NCBI RefSeq assembly: GCF_001194135.2
Contig: NC_068981.1
Span: 199,723,845 to 199,787,844 of the forward strand
Reading direction: 5' to 3'
DNA length: 64,000 bases
Origin: Octopus bimaculoides
Lineage: Eukaryota
In this document: positions 1 through 11,224 of the stretch, piece by piece
Numbering within the stretch: the stretch's first letter is position 1
Layout: each line of letters opens with the position of its first letter
Position numbers and translations under genes: made by a program
The notes under the pieces: generated by a model
What the model was told of the DNA's origin: nothing
The model's input: the letters and a program-made list of their open reading frames with translations, nothing else
Databases searched by the model: none

Positions 1-289
1 TTGTAGGGTTTTCGAGCGAGATCGTTGCCAGTGCCCCTGGACTGGCTCTTGTGCGGGTGGCACATAAAAGACACCATTTCGAGCGTGGCCGTTTTCGTGC
101 GGGTGACACGTAAAAGCACCCACTACACTCTCTGAGTGGTTGGCGTTAGGAAGGGCATCCAGCTGTAGAAACTCTGCCAAATTAGATTGGAGCCTGGTGT
201 AGCCATCCGGTTGCACCAGTCCTCAGTCAAATCGTCCAACCCACGCTAGCATGGAAAGCGGATGTTAAACGATGATGATGATGATGATG
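1..289 (+). mobile_element. RTE LINE 3' end (tail family) with (GAT)n tail
   Basis: GAGTGGTTGGCGTTAGGAAGGGCATCCAGCTGTAGAAACTCTGCC...GTTAAAC(GAT)n; the same block follows RTE ORF2 at 8795-10335. Confidence 0.85.
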
Positions 290-1920
290 ATAGAAGGAAC
301 TTGAGTGTGTTTGTAAGGAACAACAAAATGGCCAAAAACCCTCATTTTCTAACAACATTAGTATATCATAGAGTAATTCTACTCATAACCAAATTTCAAT
401 TCAACGATCCAGAAATTAACTATATAAAAACAGCACAAAATAATACGACTAAAGCATTAATTAACGTTTACCAACAACTACAACAAATACACTCTCAAAA
501 ATGTACTGTGTCCTACTATCTATCAACTACTACTACCACCACCACCACCACCACTCTAGTATTTTTTTAATACCCTTCACACTTTTCAACATTTGATCAG
601 AACCATTTGAAGAAAGTCTGACTTTATAATTGTAAATCTCTTAACCTCGAAAATATTACACATAAAAGTAATCATCATACTATTTCCTACATTTTATATC
701 TGGTCACAGGAGTCAATGAGGAAGCTTCTAAGCAGTAGATCTACCAGCTAGAAATAATAGCCACATCTCCCACAGATCACATTCTCAACATCTTAAAAGT
801 AAGTGGGAAGAACATGAAATAACATAGTCCTATAAATATGGGTTGTTCACTTCTGGGAGAGCCTTAATTACAGGTCTTCTGATCAAATGGAGTTAAACAT
901 ATCATAAAAAAATAACAGTAAAGTTACAAACGCCAATAATTCATAAAATGTCTTCAATAAAAGATTAAGTATTCTAAACACTTCGAGGACAATGGCTTGC
1001 TTTTTTTTCTATTGTGATTCCATTTGCTTCTAAGAATACACTAGCCTTCAAGTCCCTATTTTGTTGGGGGTACCAAAGAAGAAGCTTCCGTACCAGTGTT
1101 TCCTAATCTTTTGTTGATCCCTTTTTGATGACCCGTTGAATCAGACAGCTTCCCTCCTTAAATTGATTGAAGTTTAATTGCAATTCTTGCTGAAATTAAT
1201 GTTAGCATTTCCTGGCGATGCAATTACCCCGTGGCTGCTCAACTTGCTAAAAATAGCAACCAAATTTTATACAAATTACACCCAAATATACTAAAAAAAA
1301 AGAACACATTGAATAATGAAGTTTTAGATGCATTATTCTAGAAAATAAGCTGAGGTGGCCATGACTGCAAAGCCTGTGATCTTGGCTTTGTTCAATCAGA
1401 AGTAAACCACAACTCTGCATGTCAGATCTTTCTGAGAGGGATCATATTCAGATGTGTGTCAGGAAGGTCTATTTTAGTTATGTACTACCTTAAACTAGTG
1501 CTTGGTTGATTGCCCAAGTAATTGCTGCCTTTATTCAATAGGTGGAGAGGAATCTTAGTTACTGTTTGATTGCTGTTTGGCATTCCATCATGCAGGTGAT
1601 GAAAGTCGTGCTTTTTTGCCAACAGTATTGAGATACCACTTCTTGTTTTATACGTCACGTTCATTCTATTGCTAATTCTTTCACTTCTAGGCATAGTGTG
1701 TCCATTCCAAGATGGGCCTAAAAACAATTTTGTAAATAAAAATATGTTAAGACTTATGGCATACCTATGCACATGTACAGACTGACTTTGTTGCCTCATA
1801 ACTTCCTGGAAAATCAATATTTTTTTAATGGAATTTTCTACAAATACATTTCAGATGATGGTAGATTCTTATTATATAGGAATTTGTTGTGAAAAAATTT
1901 TTCATGGGTGAAAGAATGGA

Positions 1921-2302
1921 GTTTCAGAAAATTAACACAAGTTGGTTTTGTTTCTGTATAACTTTCAGAAAAATGAATATAATTTAATGCAATTTTCTAT
2001 AAATACCTTTCAGAGTCTGTAGATTATATCAGAATATGAAAACAAACTGGTGGGCTCGCATACACATACAGACACACACCACATATATCTACTACAAAAT
2101 GAAACTTGAAATTTCAAAAAAATATTGGATGTGTGCCAATATGTAGGTGTGCATGCTCACCATTTTCCTTGTTACATAAAATTCTGATATGACTGTTAAT
2201 TTACACACTCTGAAATGTATCTATAGAAAATTTCATTTAATAATATCCATTTTTCTGAAAGTTATAAAGAAACAAAACCAACTTGTGTTAATTTTCTGAA
2301 AC
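1921..2302. repeat. Foldback/MITE-like element, about 115-bp imperfect inverted arms
   Basis: GTTTCAGAAAATTAACACAAGTTGGTTTTGTTTC at 1921 is the reverse complement of GAAACAAAACCAACTTGTGTTAATTTTCTGAAAC ending at 2302; arms continue inward. Confidence 0.7.
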
Positions 2303-2670
2303 ACTTAATTACATGCTTTTATGATGAGATGACGTGGAAGTTTAAATTTAGGTTGAGTGAGTCACAATGCCAATTTGAGAGACTAATTTTAAGATAAACT
2401 TGTGTTAGATATGAAGCATATATATTAATTTTACATGTTATTTTTTTATATCTCATAACACCATAGATCTTAAATAACGTTACTAAGCAACACAAAAAGG
2501 TAATTACAAAACCGGACTTGCTTCGTAGATTTGATAACGTTTGTACATTTGATATTATATCCACTGGAAAAGCTTTTATTCTCATTTTGTCAAGTAAATA
2601 AAGCCAACAGGCAAAGTTCCTAGTTCAATCTCATAAAGCAGCACCTTAAACACTGAACATAAATATTTAG

Positions 2671-3420
2671 AGGGGTGGGGCACAGTGAGGAGTTTTTACT
2701 GCATTTTTGACTCCGAGATCAAATATATATTTTACAAATGTTCACTACTTTACAAAACCTAAATCAGCTAAGAAAATGAGCTTCTCTAAATGCATTAAAA
2801 GCATTTTAACACGATCTGATTACTATTTCAGAAAATTCTCAGGTTGGGGCAAAATGAGTAAGCCAAGATAAAGTAAACTTGTAGCTTCAGATCTCCAGAT
2901 CTGAAGCATACATAATCAATATCCATCTTTAGACATCAAAAAGATCAGAAATGCAAAAAAAAAAAAAAAATTGAAACATCTGTCAAATATAAGAGGATCA
3001 GGGGGAGAAATGGCACATAATATAAAATTAATGAAACTCAACTAAATCAAAAACTTCAACACAGAATATTCTCTTGTGCCTCTTAACTCTCTCTCTCTTC
3101 CTGATATATTTACTCACCATGCAATGAAAGAGAAGAAGTTATTGAAATAAGACATTACTCATTTTACCCTGTTTTAGACATTTTTAAAACCTGAAAATTA
3201 TCAAGTTAGACATTAAGTGCAGGAAAAAAATTGACTTGGAATACAACAGAGGAAATAATATTGATTGTTAAACACAAGAATTATTCAGATATTTTATTAG
3301 TAACCACAATTAAAATTTTATTAGTAACCACAATTAAAATTTTATTAGTAACCACAATTAAAATTTTATTAGTAACCACAATTACAATTGGGTCAAAATT
3401 GAGGAAAAATGTCTTTCAGG
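2671..3420. mobile_element. Non-autonomous DNA-transposon-like element, copy 1 (inverted relative to 5888-6797)
   Basis: Collinear reverse-complement similarity to 6060-6797, e.g. GGGGCAAAATGAGTAAGC vs GCTTACTCATTTTGCCCC and AAAAAAATTGACTTGGAATAC vs GTATTCCAAGTCAATTTTTT. Confidence 0.65.
3291..3383. repeat. 24-bp tandem repeat, about 4 copies (ATTTTATTAGTAACCACAATTAAA)
   Basis: Directly visible perfect units; source of the (LLVTTIKI)n ORF. Confidence 0.95.
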
Positions 3421-3660
3421 CCGTCTGTGTGGGTGTGTGTGTGAGCAAGGTCGTTGATTTTTGGTCTTAGTAGGAGACCGAAAGTGGCAACAATGCTGGC
3501 AAGGACATTGTTTCCTTGTATATGGGTGTGTATATGTATTCATGTGTGTGTGTATGTTCATGTATGTGGGTATATGTGTGTGTATGTGCACCTTTCCAGA
3601 TATAGTTCTCAATATGCATGTGTATATGTGTTTGAGGCATGTATATATGTGTGTGTATGT

Positions 3661-3832
3661 GTGAGCGGTTGGAGTGGTTGGCATTAGGAAGGGCATCCAG
3701 CTGTAGAAACTCTGCCAAATTTAGATTGGAGCCTGGTGTAGCCACCCGGTTTCACCAGTCCACAGTCAAATCGTCCAACCCATGCTAGCATGGAAAGCGG
3801 ACGTTAAACGATGATGATGATGATGATGATGA
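3661..3832 (+). mobile_element. RTE tail-family copy with (GAT)n tail
   Basis: Same sequence as 130-289; contains the CCATGCTAGCATGG palindrome at 3780-3793. Confidence 0.85.
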
Positions 3833-3833
3833 T

Positions 3834-3866
<33 letters not shown>

Positions 3867-3924
3867 TACCATATGTGAGAACTGAATAGGTGACCTCAAA
3901 CCAGTCAACACCCAACCAGTTATC

Positions 3925-4470
3925 TTTTGACCTGGGATGAGGTGAAGCATGACCTTCAAACGTTGGGCCACACAGAGGCAGTGACAAGCAACTGAGACCT
4001 TGGGAGGTATGCTGTGCTTGAGAAGACCCAGCAAGCCAAGTGAGATTGTAACCGTGGCCTATGCCAGTGTTGCATAACCGGCTCATTGGGCAATAAACTA
4101 TGCTTAAGAAAACCTGTTGAGTCAAGTGAAATCATTGTTGAATAAACTATGCTTGAGAAGATCTGTTGAGTCAAGTGAAATCATTGTCATAGCCAATGCC
4201 AGTACCACCTGACTGGCACCTGTGCCAGTGGCATGTGAAAAGCACCATTTGAGTGTGGTTGATGCCTGTGCTGCCTGACTGGCACCCGTGCCGGTGGCAC
4301 ATAAAATGCAATGTTTGAATGTGGTCAATACCAGTATCCCCTGACTGGCTCCTATGCCAGTGGCACATAAAAAGCACTGTCTGAACATGATGAATGCTAG
4401 GCTTTGCCTGACTGGCTCCTGTGCCAGTAGCACGTAAAAAGCACCCACTGCACTCTTAGAGTGGTTGGCA
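3925..4470 (+). mobile_element. RTE LINE ORF2 C-terminus plus 3' UTR with subrepeat array
   Basis: WDEVKHDLQTLG...AVLEKTQQAK* remnant, a 49-bp tandem duplication (4092-4188) and four 66-68-bp subrepeats. Confidence 0.75.
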
Positions 4471-4569
4471 ATACTAGACATAAATCCAATGGTAATTTTC
4501 TGAGTGGCCATAACCAACTACTTTGGGGTAGAGAACTTTTGAATTAAAGACATAAGTGCAGAATTGAGC

Positions 4570-5392
4570 AGATTTCTGGTTCAAGGACCCCATATAACCC
4601 CTCATAACATTAAAACCTTTTTTTATTTTCAGAAAATCTTTACAAATTTGTGTTCTACACATGGGAATTCATACAATTATGCAAAAAACTGTGTAATTTA
4701 AGAGTCATTTACCTGTTATTTTTAGTTTGTCTCACAACCACCTTATGCCTTCCTCATATATTGATGTTTTTCAATATTTTTCTCTCCACTAGTAGCAAGA
4801 TGGCAGAATCCCTGACATGCCAGGAAAGGTACTTGGCTCTCCAGTTGATATGCCATAGTTATTTACCTGGTTAACATTTCATTTACAATGAAGGTGTTAA
4901 GCTGGCAGAATTGTTAGCATGCCAGGCAAAATATTAGCAGCATTTCATCTGTCATTGTTCCGAGTTCAAATTCAGCCAAGGTCAACTTTACTTTTCATCC
5001 TTTCAGGGTCAATAACGTAAGTTCCAGTTAAGATAGAGGTCGATGTATCCGATTTAACTCCTCTCCCAAAATTGCTGGCCTATTGCCAAAATTTGAAACC
5101 AATAGTTTTCTCCTCATTTAATGGAATGATGATGAACCCAAGAGTGGTTCATTGCTGGGATTTAAGCAAAGATTTGGACTGTCCGTATATTAAACACTCT
5201 ATTTAAAATTTTAAAATTTGGAAAAGAGTGGAACTTCTAGGATTTATGGTGGGAAAGGGTTTAGAATGAAAAAGAAAAACTTTTTCATATGAATTCCCAT
5301 GAGTAGAACTCAAATTTGCAAAACTTTTCTGAAAATTCCAAAATGTGAAAAAAGTTAAGAGGGGTTATATGGGGCCCTTAAACCAGAATACT
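4570..5392. repeat. MITE-like element with about 100-bp inverted termini, carrying a nested SINE
   Basis: TTCTGGTTCAAGGACCCCATATAACCCCTC...CATGGGAATTC matches the reverse complement of GAATTCCCATG...GAGGGGTTATATGGGGCCCTTAAACCAGAA. Confidence 0.6.
4891..5103 (+). mobile_element. tRNA-derived SINE, family A
   Basis: A-box-like AGCTGGCAGAATTG and B-box GAGTTCAAATTC, body CTTTTCATCCTTTCAGGGTCAATAA; further copies at 32290-32500 and 47320-47400. Confidence 0.7.
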
Positions 5393-5479
5393 GCCTTTAA
5401 AAATGAACAAAAAACATGCAAAAATTAAGCAGACAATAACATGTACATGGCCATACAGTTTGATACTAAAATTATATAA

Positions 5480-5842
5480 GCATGGCTTTTGGTAAGAAGT
5501 TTGCATCCCAACCATATGGTTCTGGGTTCAGTCCCACTGCATGGCACCTTGGACAAGTGTCTTCTGCTATAGCCCCAAGCTGACCAAAGCCTTGAGAGTG
5601 GATTTGGTAGGCAGAAACTGAAAGAAGCCCATTATATATATAATGTGTGTGTGTGTGTGTGTGTGTCACAACCACATGACAACCAGTGTGGGTATGTTTA
5701 CATCCCTGTAACTTAAGGATTCAGCAAAAGAAACTACTAGAATAAGTACCAGATTTTAAAAAATAAGTACTGGGAGTTGATTCATTCATATTCTTCAAGG
5801 TGGTACCCCCAGTATGGCCACAGTCTAACGACTGTAACAGAA
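5480..5842 (+). mobile_element. tRNA-derived SINE, family B, with internal (TG)n
   Basis: TGGTAAGAAG...GGGTTCAGTCCCAC head, body ACCTTGGACAAGTGTCTTCT...GAGTGGATTTGG; copies at 30361-30620, 32634-32765 and 36925-37258. Confidence 0.75.
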
Positions 5843-5887
5843 TATATATATATACACACACACACATATATAAACATACATTTCATA

Positions 5888-6797
5888 GGGGGTGGGGCAA
5901 AATTAGTAATTTCTGATTTCCCGTTATTTTCTCCCTATTTGTTTGAAATCATTACATTTACAAATATTGCATCATCATTTTACACTGTTGCATCATCTTT
6001 AGGAGTAAATATTAATCAGTAAAGTTGTTGTTGAAGTTGAGAGTCGAAAACATAGGAGACAGGTCGTCCTTTTTCAAGACATTTTTCTTCAACTTTAACC
6101 CAATTGTAATTGAGGTTGCTAATAAAATATCTGGATAATTTTTGGTGTTTAACAATCAATATTCGTTTCTCTCTGGTATTCCAAGTCAATTTTTTTCCTA
6201 CACTTAATGTCTAATTTTATAATTTTCAAGTTTCAAAAAAAATGGTGTCCAAAATGGGGTAAAATGAGTAATGTCTAACTTCTATAAATTTTCCTCTTTA
6301 ATTGCCTAGTATGTAAATATATTGCCAATGGAGACACTCCGGTAAATCGTAATGAAGTTATAGAGAATATTTATTGAGTTTTTTTTTATTATTTAGTCGA
6401 CTTTTGCTAATTTCATATCATGTGCCATTTTTCCCCGACCCTCTTTCATTTGACTGAGATATTTCAATTTTCTTGTTTTCTATTTCTAATCTTTCTGGTG
6501 TCTACAGGTGGATATTGATGTGTACGAAGGAATGAAGCTGTAAATTTACATCATCCTTGCTTACTCATTTTGCCCCAGCCAAATTATACTCAAAGAGAAC
6601 AGCGATAGCTTTTTGAAACAGATATTCAGATTATATTATAATGCTTTTAATGCATTTAGGGATGGCCATTCGCTAAGCTGATATAGTTTTTTGCCGTAAA
6701 TTTTTACAAGTACCTTTGCAAGGTCGTGAACATTTGTAAAAAATATATTTTGTCTCAAAGTTAAAACTGCAATAAGAACACCTCACATTGCCCCTCC
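5888..6797. mobile_element. Non-autonomous DNA-transposon-like element, copy 2
   Basis: Termini GGGGTGGGGCAAAA and TTGCCCCTCC; body homologous (inverted) to 2671-3420. Confidence 0.6.
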
Positions 6798-6819
6798 ATT
6801 ATTTGTGTTGGTCTCCTTT

Positions 6820-7500
6820 ACGTAACGAGTTCATATCGCACTGAAAGCCGTCTCTGTCTTTCACACCTGAGTTCAAGATCGGACGAACCAACTCCACCTT
6901 TTACTCTTGAGTCAATATTAGAAACAATTATATAAAACTGGACATTAAAACATATACTCACATTTTCATATATAAATACGCATGTGATGATTCGTTTCTT
7001 TCGTTGAATTGAAATCATTTTTTAAATTGCAATAAGAGAGAATATTCGGCAGAAAGTAAAACATTTTGAATCTAAGAAGCTCCAGGCAGGTAAAGAAAGG
7101 TATTTGTAATGAAAGGTATAATAATGAGAGCAAGTGCCCTGGGAGATAAACAGTGGTGTAAAGGGAAAATGTGACCGCTTCGAATAATCGCCCGTGTAGG
7201 CGGTGTCTATAATTTTAGATCATTTAGTCTATGTGCAATGTTGTTCTTGGTTACGAGTTTCTAATGAATTATCCAAAAGATTCACTGTTCTTAAGATAAC
7301 TAGTGAAAAGGGAGTGTCGGTGTAACTCGCGCAGATTATATGTAATAATGCTTTTTTCGATGCACCGGTTTATCAACAATTTTGTTGTCCGTGGCAGCGG
7401 TGAAGACAATGGACTGCACACACACACCCCCTTTGTTGTTTTTTTTAGAAGAACCTACTATATCGAGTACGGAGATTCCGAATCTGCAAAAAGAAATCTG
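6820..7500. promoter_or_regulatory. CpG-retaining unique segment, candidate promoter/first exon
   Basis: Many CpGs (TCGCCCG, GGCGG, ACTCGCGCAG, GCACCGG, CAGCGG) in otherwise CpG-poor DNA; no repeat similarity recognised. Confidence 0.3.
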
Positions 7501-8794
7501 CATTTAAAACTTCTAATTTCCCTCATTCCTCCCCCCCNNNNNNNNNNNNNNNNNNNNNNNNNNNNNNNNNNNNNNNNNNNNNNNNNNNNNNNNNNNNNNN
7601 NNNNNNNNNNNNNNNNNNNNNNNNNNNNNNNNNNNNNNNNNNNNNNNNNNNNNNNNNNNNNNNNNNNNNNNNNNNNNNNNNNNNNNNNNNNNNNNNNNNN
7701 NNNNNNNNNNNNNNNNNNNNNNNNNNNNNNNNNNNNNNNNNNNNNNNNNNNNNNNNNNNNNNNNNNNNNNNNNNNNNNNNNNNNNNNNNNNNNNNNNNNN
7801 NNNNNNNNNNNNNNNNNNNNNNNNNNNNNNNNNNNNNNNNNNNNNNNNNNNNNNNNNNNNNNNNNNNNNNNNNNNNNNNNNNNNNNNNNNNNNNNNNNNN
7901 NNNNNNNNNNNNNNNNNNNNNNNNNNNNNNNNNNNNNNNNNNNNNNNNNNNNNNNNNNNNNNNNNNNNNNNNNNNNNNNNNNNNNNNNNNNNNNNNNNNN
8001 NNNNNNNNNNNNNNNNNNNNNNNNNNNNNNNNNNNNNNNNNNNNNNNNNNNNNNNNNNNNNNNNNTCCCCCACCCTTGTTTTCTTTGCCAGAGGGGCAAA
8101 TTTTGAAAACGTGTTTTGGGGGGTTTCAAAATCTTCATATCGGAAATCTGACAAGCTAGAAATAACAGCCAAACCAATGATCAACTTTCTAAATACGAAT
8201 TACTATAAAAGGGAAAAAAAATTTAATGCCATTTTGTTGTGTGTGTGTGTATGTGCATGCGTGCGTGTGTGCATGTGTGTGTGTGTATGCATATGTGTGT
8301 GTGTGTGTGTGTGTGTACCTGTTTCATTAGAATATTTCGAGACACTATCATGTCACAAAAATGTTAAAAATTTATTAACTTAATCGATTTGTGACTAAAC
8401 CTTCATTTAATTTCATTTTATACCAACTTTATTATCAGTTATATAGATAATTGCAATTATGGTCTGTAAAGAAAACTTATTCATCTGTACATTTTCAGAA
8501 ATGTTTCTCTTTTGCAATCAACGTTACAAATACACACAAATTTCTTGGGAGCCAAACAATCTTTACAGCTGGTCCCTATAGACCACCCCTAACTCCTCTA
8601 CTATGCTTCAAAGAATGTCTCAATAGTATTAGGTGTTTCATCCATCAGTGTAATGCTGACAACATATTAATGAAGGGGGACTTCAACGTTCCCAGCTTGA
8701 AAACAGGTTTTCCCACCTCAACCCCATTCAGATCAGTAAACAAATCTAAGTGCAGAATACCTAGAAATAGAAAGAAAACAAATCAGAAATTCAA

Positions 8795-10335
8795 AGATTC
8801 AACGAGGTGAACATCAGTACCCCTTCAGGTAGATGGCCCTGCTCGATCTGTAGAAAAGGTATAGGTAGAAACACCATAAGATGTACCCAGTGTAAGCTAT
8901 GGACACATAAGAGGGGTAGCAATATCAAAGGAAGGCTAACTCGGATGATAGTTTTTGTATGTAGCAGATGTTCAGGAGCTATAAACACTGAAAATGTGCA
9001 GAAAACAACCTTTGCCACACTCCAGGGAGAAAAACTAGAAGTAGTTGATAGCTTCTGCTACCTAGGTGACCAAGTTTGTAGCAGGAAGGGGGGTGGGGCT
9101 AGAATAAGAATAGCTTGGGCAAAGTTTAGAGAGCTCTTACCTCTGCTGGTGACAAAGGGACTCTCATTCAGAGTAAAAGGCAGACTGTATGATGCATATA
9201 TACGAACAGCCATACTACATGGCAGTGAAACATGGGCCATGACTGCTGAGGACATGCGTAAGCTCACAAGAAACGAAGCCAGTATGCTCCGATGCATGAG
9301 TAATGTCAGTATGCATACTTGACAGAATGTAAGTACCTTGAGAAAAAAGTTAGACCTAAGAAGCATCAATTGTAGTGTGCAAGAGAGACGATTGCGCTGG
9401 TATGGACATGTGGCAAGAATGGATGAGGATAGCTGTATGAAAAAGTGCCACACCCTAGCAGTTGAGGGAACCTGTTGAAGAGGTAGACCCAGGAAGACCT
9501 GGGGTGAACCTTCGAACTTTAGGCCTCACCAAGGCAATGACCAGTGACCAGGACTTTTGGAAATATGCAGTACGTGAGAAGACCCGGCAAGCCAAGTGAG
9601 AGCATAATCTGTGACCTCTGCCAGAAGTGTAGCCAGCTCACTTATTCGTATCTTTACTTCATTGAACACTAAAAACCCTGCTTGCGAAGACCTGTTGAGG
9701 CAAGTGAATTTGGAATTTGAAATTTGAAATCTGAAATCGAAATCGAACCGAATCCGATGATTGGCACCCATGCAAACCTCTCCTTCATTGAACATTAAAC
9801 TCTGCTTGCGAAGACCTGTTGGGGCAAGTGAAATTGGAATCGAAATCATAATTGAACCATACTTGATGACTGGCACCTGCACCAGTGGAGCACTAACAGC
9901 ACTGTCCGAGCATGTTCATTGCCAGAGCAGCTGTCTGGCTTCCGTGCTAGTGGCCCGTAAATAGCACCATTGAGCGTAATCGTTACCGGAGTCGCCTTCT
10001 AGCACTTGTACTGGTGGCATGTTAGAAAATCATTCAAGCGAGGCTGATGCCAGTGCCGCTGGACTGGCTCCCGTACAGGTGGCACATAAAAAACACCTTT
10101 TTGAGCGTGGCCATTGCCAGTACCGTGTGACTGGCCCTCATGCAGGTGGCACGTAAAAGCACCCACTACACTCTCGGAGTGGTTGGCGTTAGGAAGGGCA
10201 TCCAGCTGTAGAAACTCTGCCAGATCAGATTGGAGCCTGGTGCAGCCTTCTGGCTTGCCAGTCCTCAGTCAAATCGTCCAACCCATGCTAGCATGGAAAG
10301 CGGACGTTAAACGATGATGATGATGATGATGATGA
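8795..10335 (+). mobile_element. 5'-truncated RTE LINE: PHD-containing RT C-terminus, 3' UTR, (GAT)n tail
   Basis: ORF 8807-9322 RWPCSIC...KLEVVDSFCYLG...LYDAYIRTAILHGSETW, then RRLRWYGHV; stops present. Confidence 0.9.
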
Positions 10336-10720
10336 TATATATATTGTATAAAAGATCGTGAATAAGGCCAAAAAGAAGGTGAAGTAAATCACAAGTAAAC
10401 AAATATCTGAATTAATGTAGACTTACCCTGCATTCAATATTTTGGAACTACAGGAAGCTAGCTGGTTGCTATAGCAACACCCTTCTGCACATGTCCACTC
10501 CACATACACACACACACATTGGCAACATTCGTCAATTCCTTGAGGGTTAGGTCGTAACCCCAAAATATTGAATACAAGAGAAGTCTACATTAATTCACAT
10601 ATTTGTTTTCTTGTGATATGCCTTGCATTTACTTTGCATTGTTTTGGCCTTACCCACAATCTTTATACAATATATTCTACACAATGCTTCATAGTAATTA
10701 TTCCATATATATATGTATAT

Positions 10721-10776
<56 letters not shown>

Positions 10777-11224
10777 TTTTTCCTATCAGTAATTAAAAAT
10801 AGAACAATGTGAATTGGCTGCTAGTAGTAGTTAACACAGTTGACCTCTGCTGACCCCAAGGGTGTGAGGCCACTTTTGTCTCCTTATCCACACAGGAATG
10901 CCCATTGCTGATTTCCTCACCATCTGCCAAATCTATTTGCAGACCTGTGGAATTTCATCTGTTCACCAAGCTGTCTCTCTTGCTCCTGCTGTTCCCTTAA
11001 ACACTCGTGTTTATAATCATCTCAAGTACAAGACAAAAGTTGAGACTAAACAACATTCAATAATACCTTTTAATAATAAGTGGGTATAATAATAATGCTG
11101 GTAATATTGATAATAATAACAATTTAACCAAAACTCGGATCAGAGGAAATATTAACACTGACAAATAGTAGCAAAAAAATGAAAATAATAATATCAGTGA
11201 TGATGATGATAATAATAATAATGA

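Noticed and set aside
3382-3745. His/Thr- or Val/Cys-rich ORFs (also 8111-8383, 10568-10812, 39387-39805)
   Set aside because: Translations of (CA)n/(TA)n microsatellites.
4196-4450. Regularly spaced palindromic repeats resembling a CRISPR array
   Set aside because: Whole 66-68-bp units are homologous with no unique spacers, and they belong to a LINE 3' UTR in animal DNA with no cas genes.
7303-8184. Long ORFs spanning N-runs (also near 27.2, 28.3, 45.9, 52.6 and 60.4 kb)
   Set aside because: They are open only because Ns contain no stop codons.
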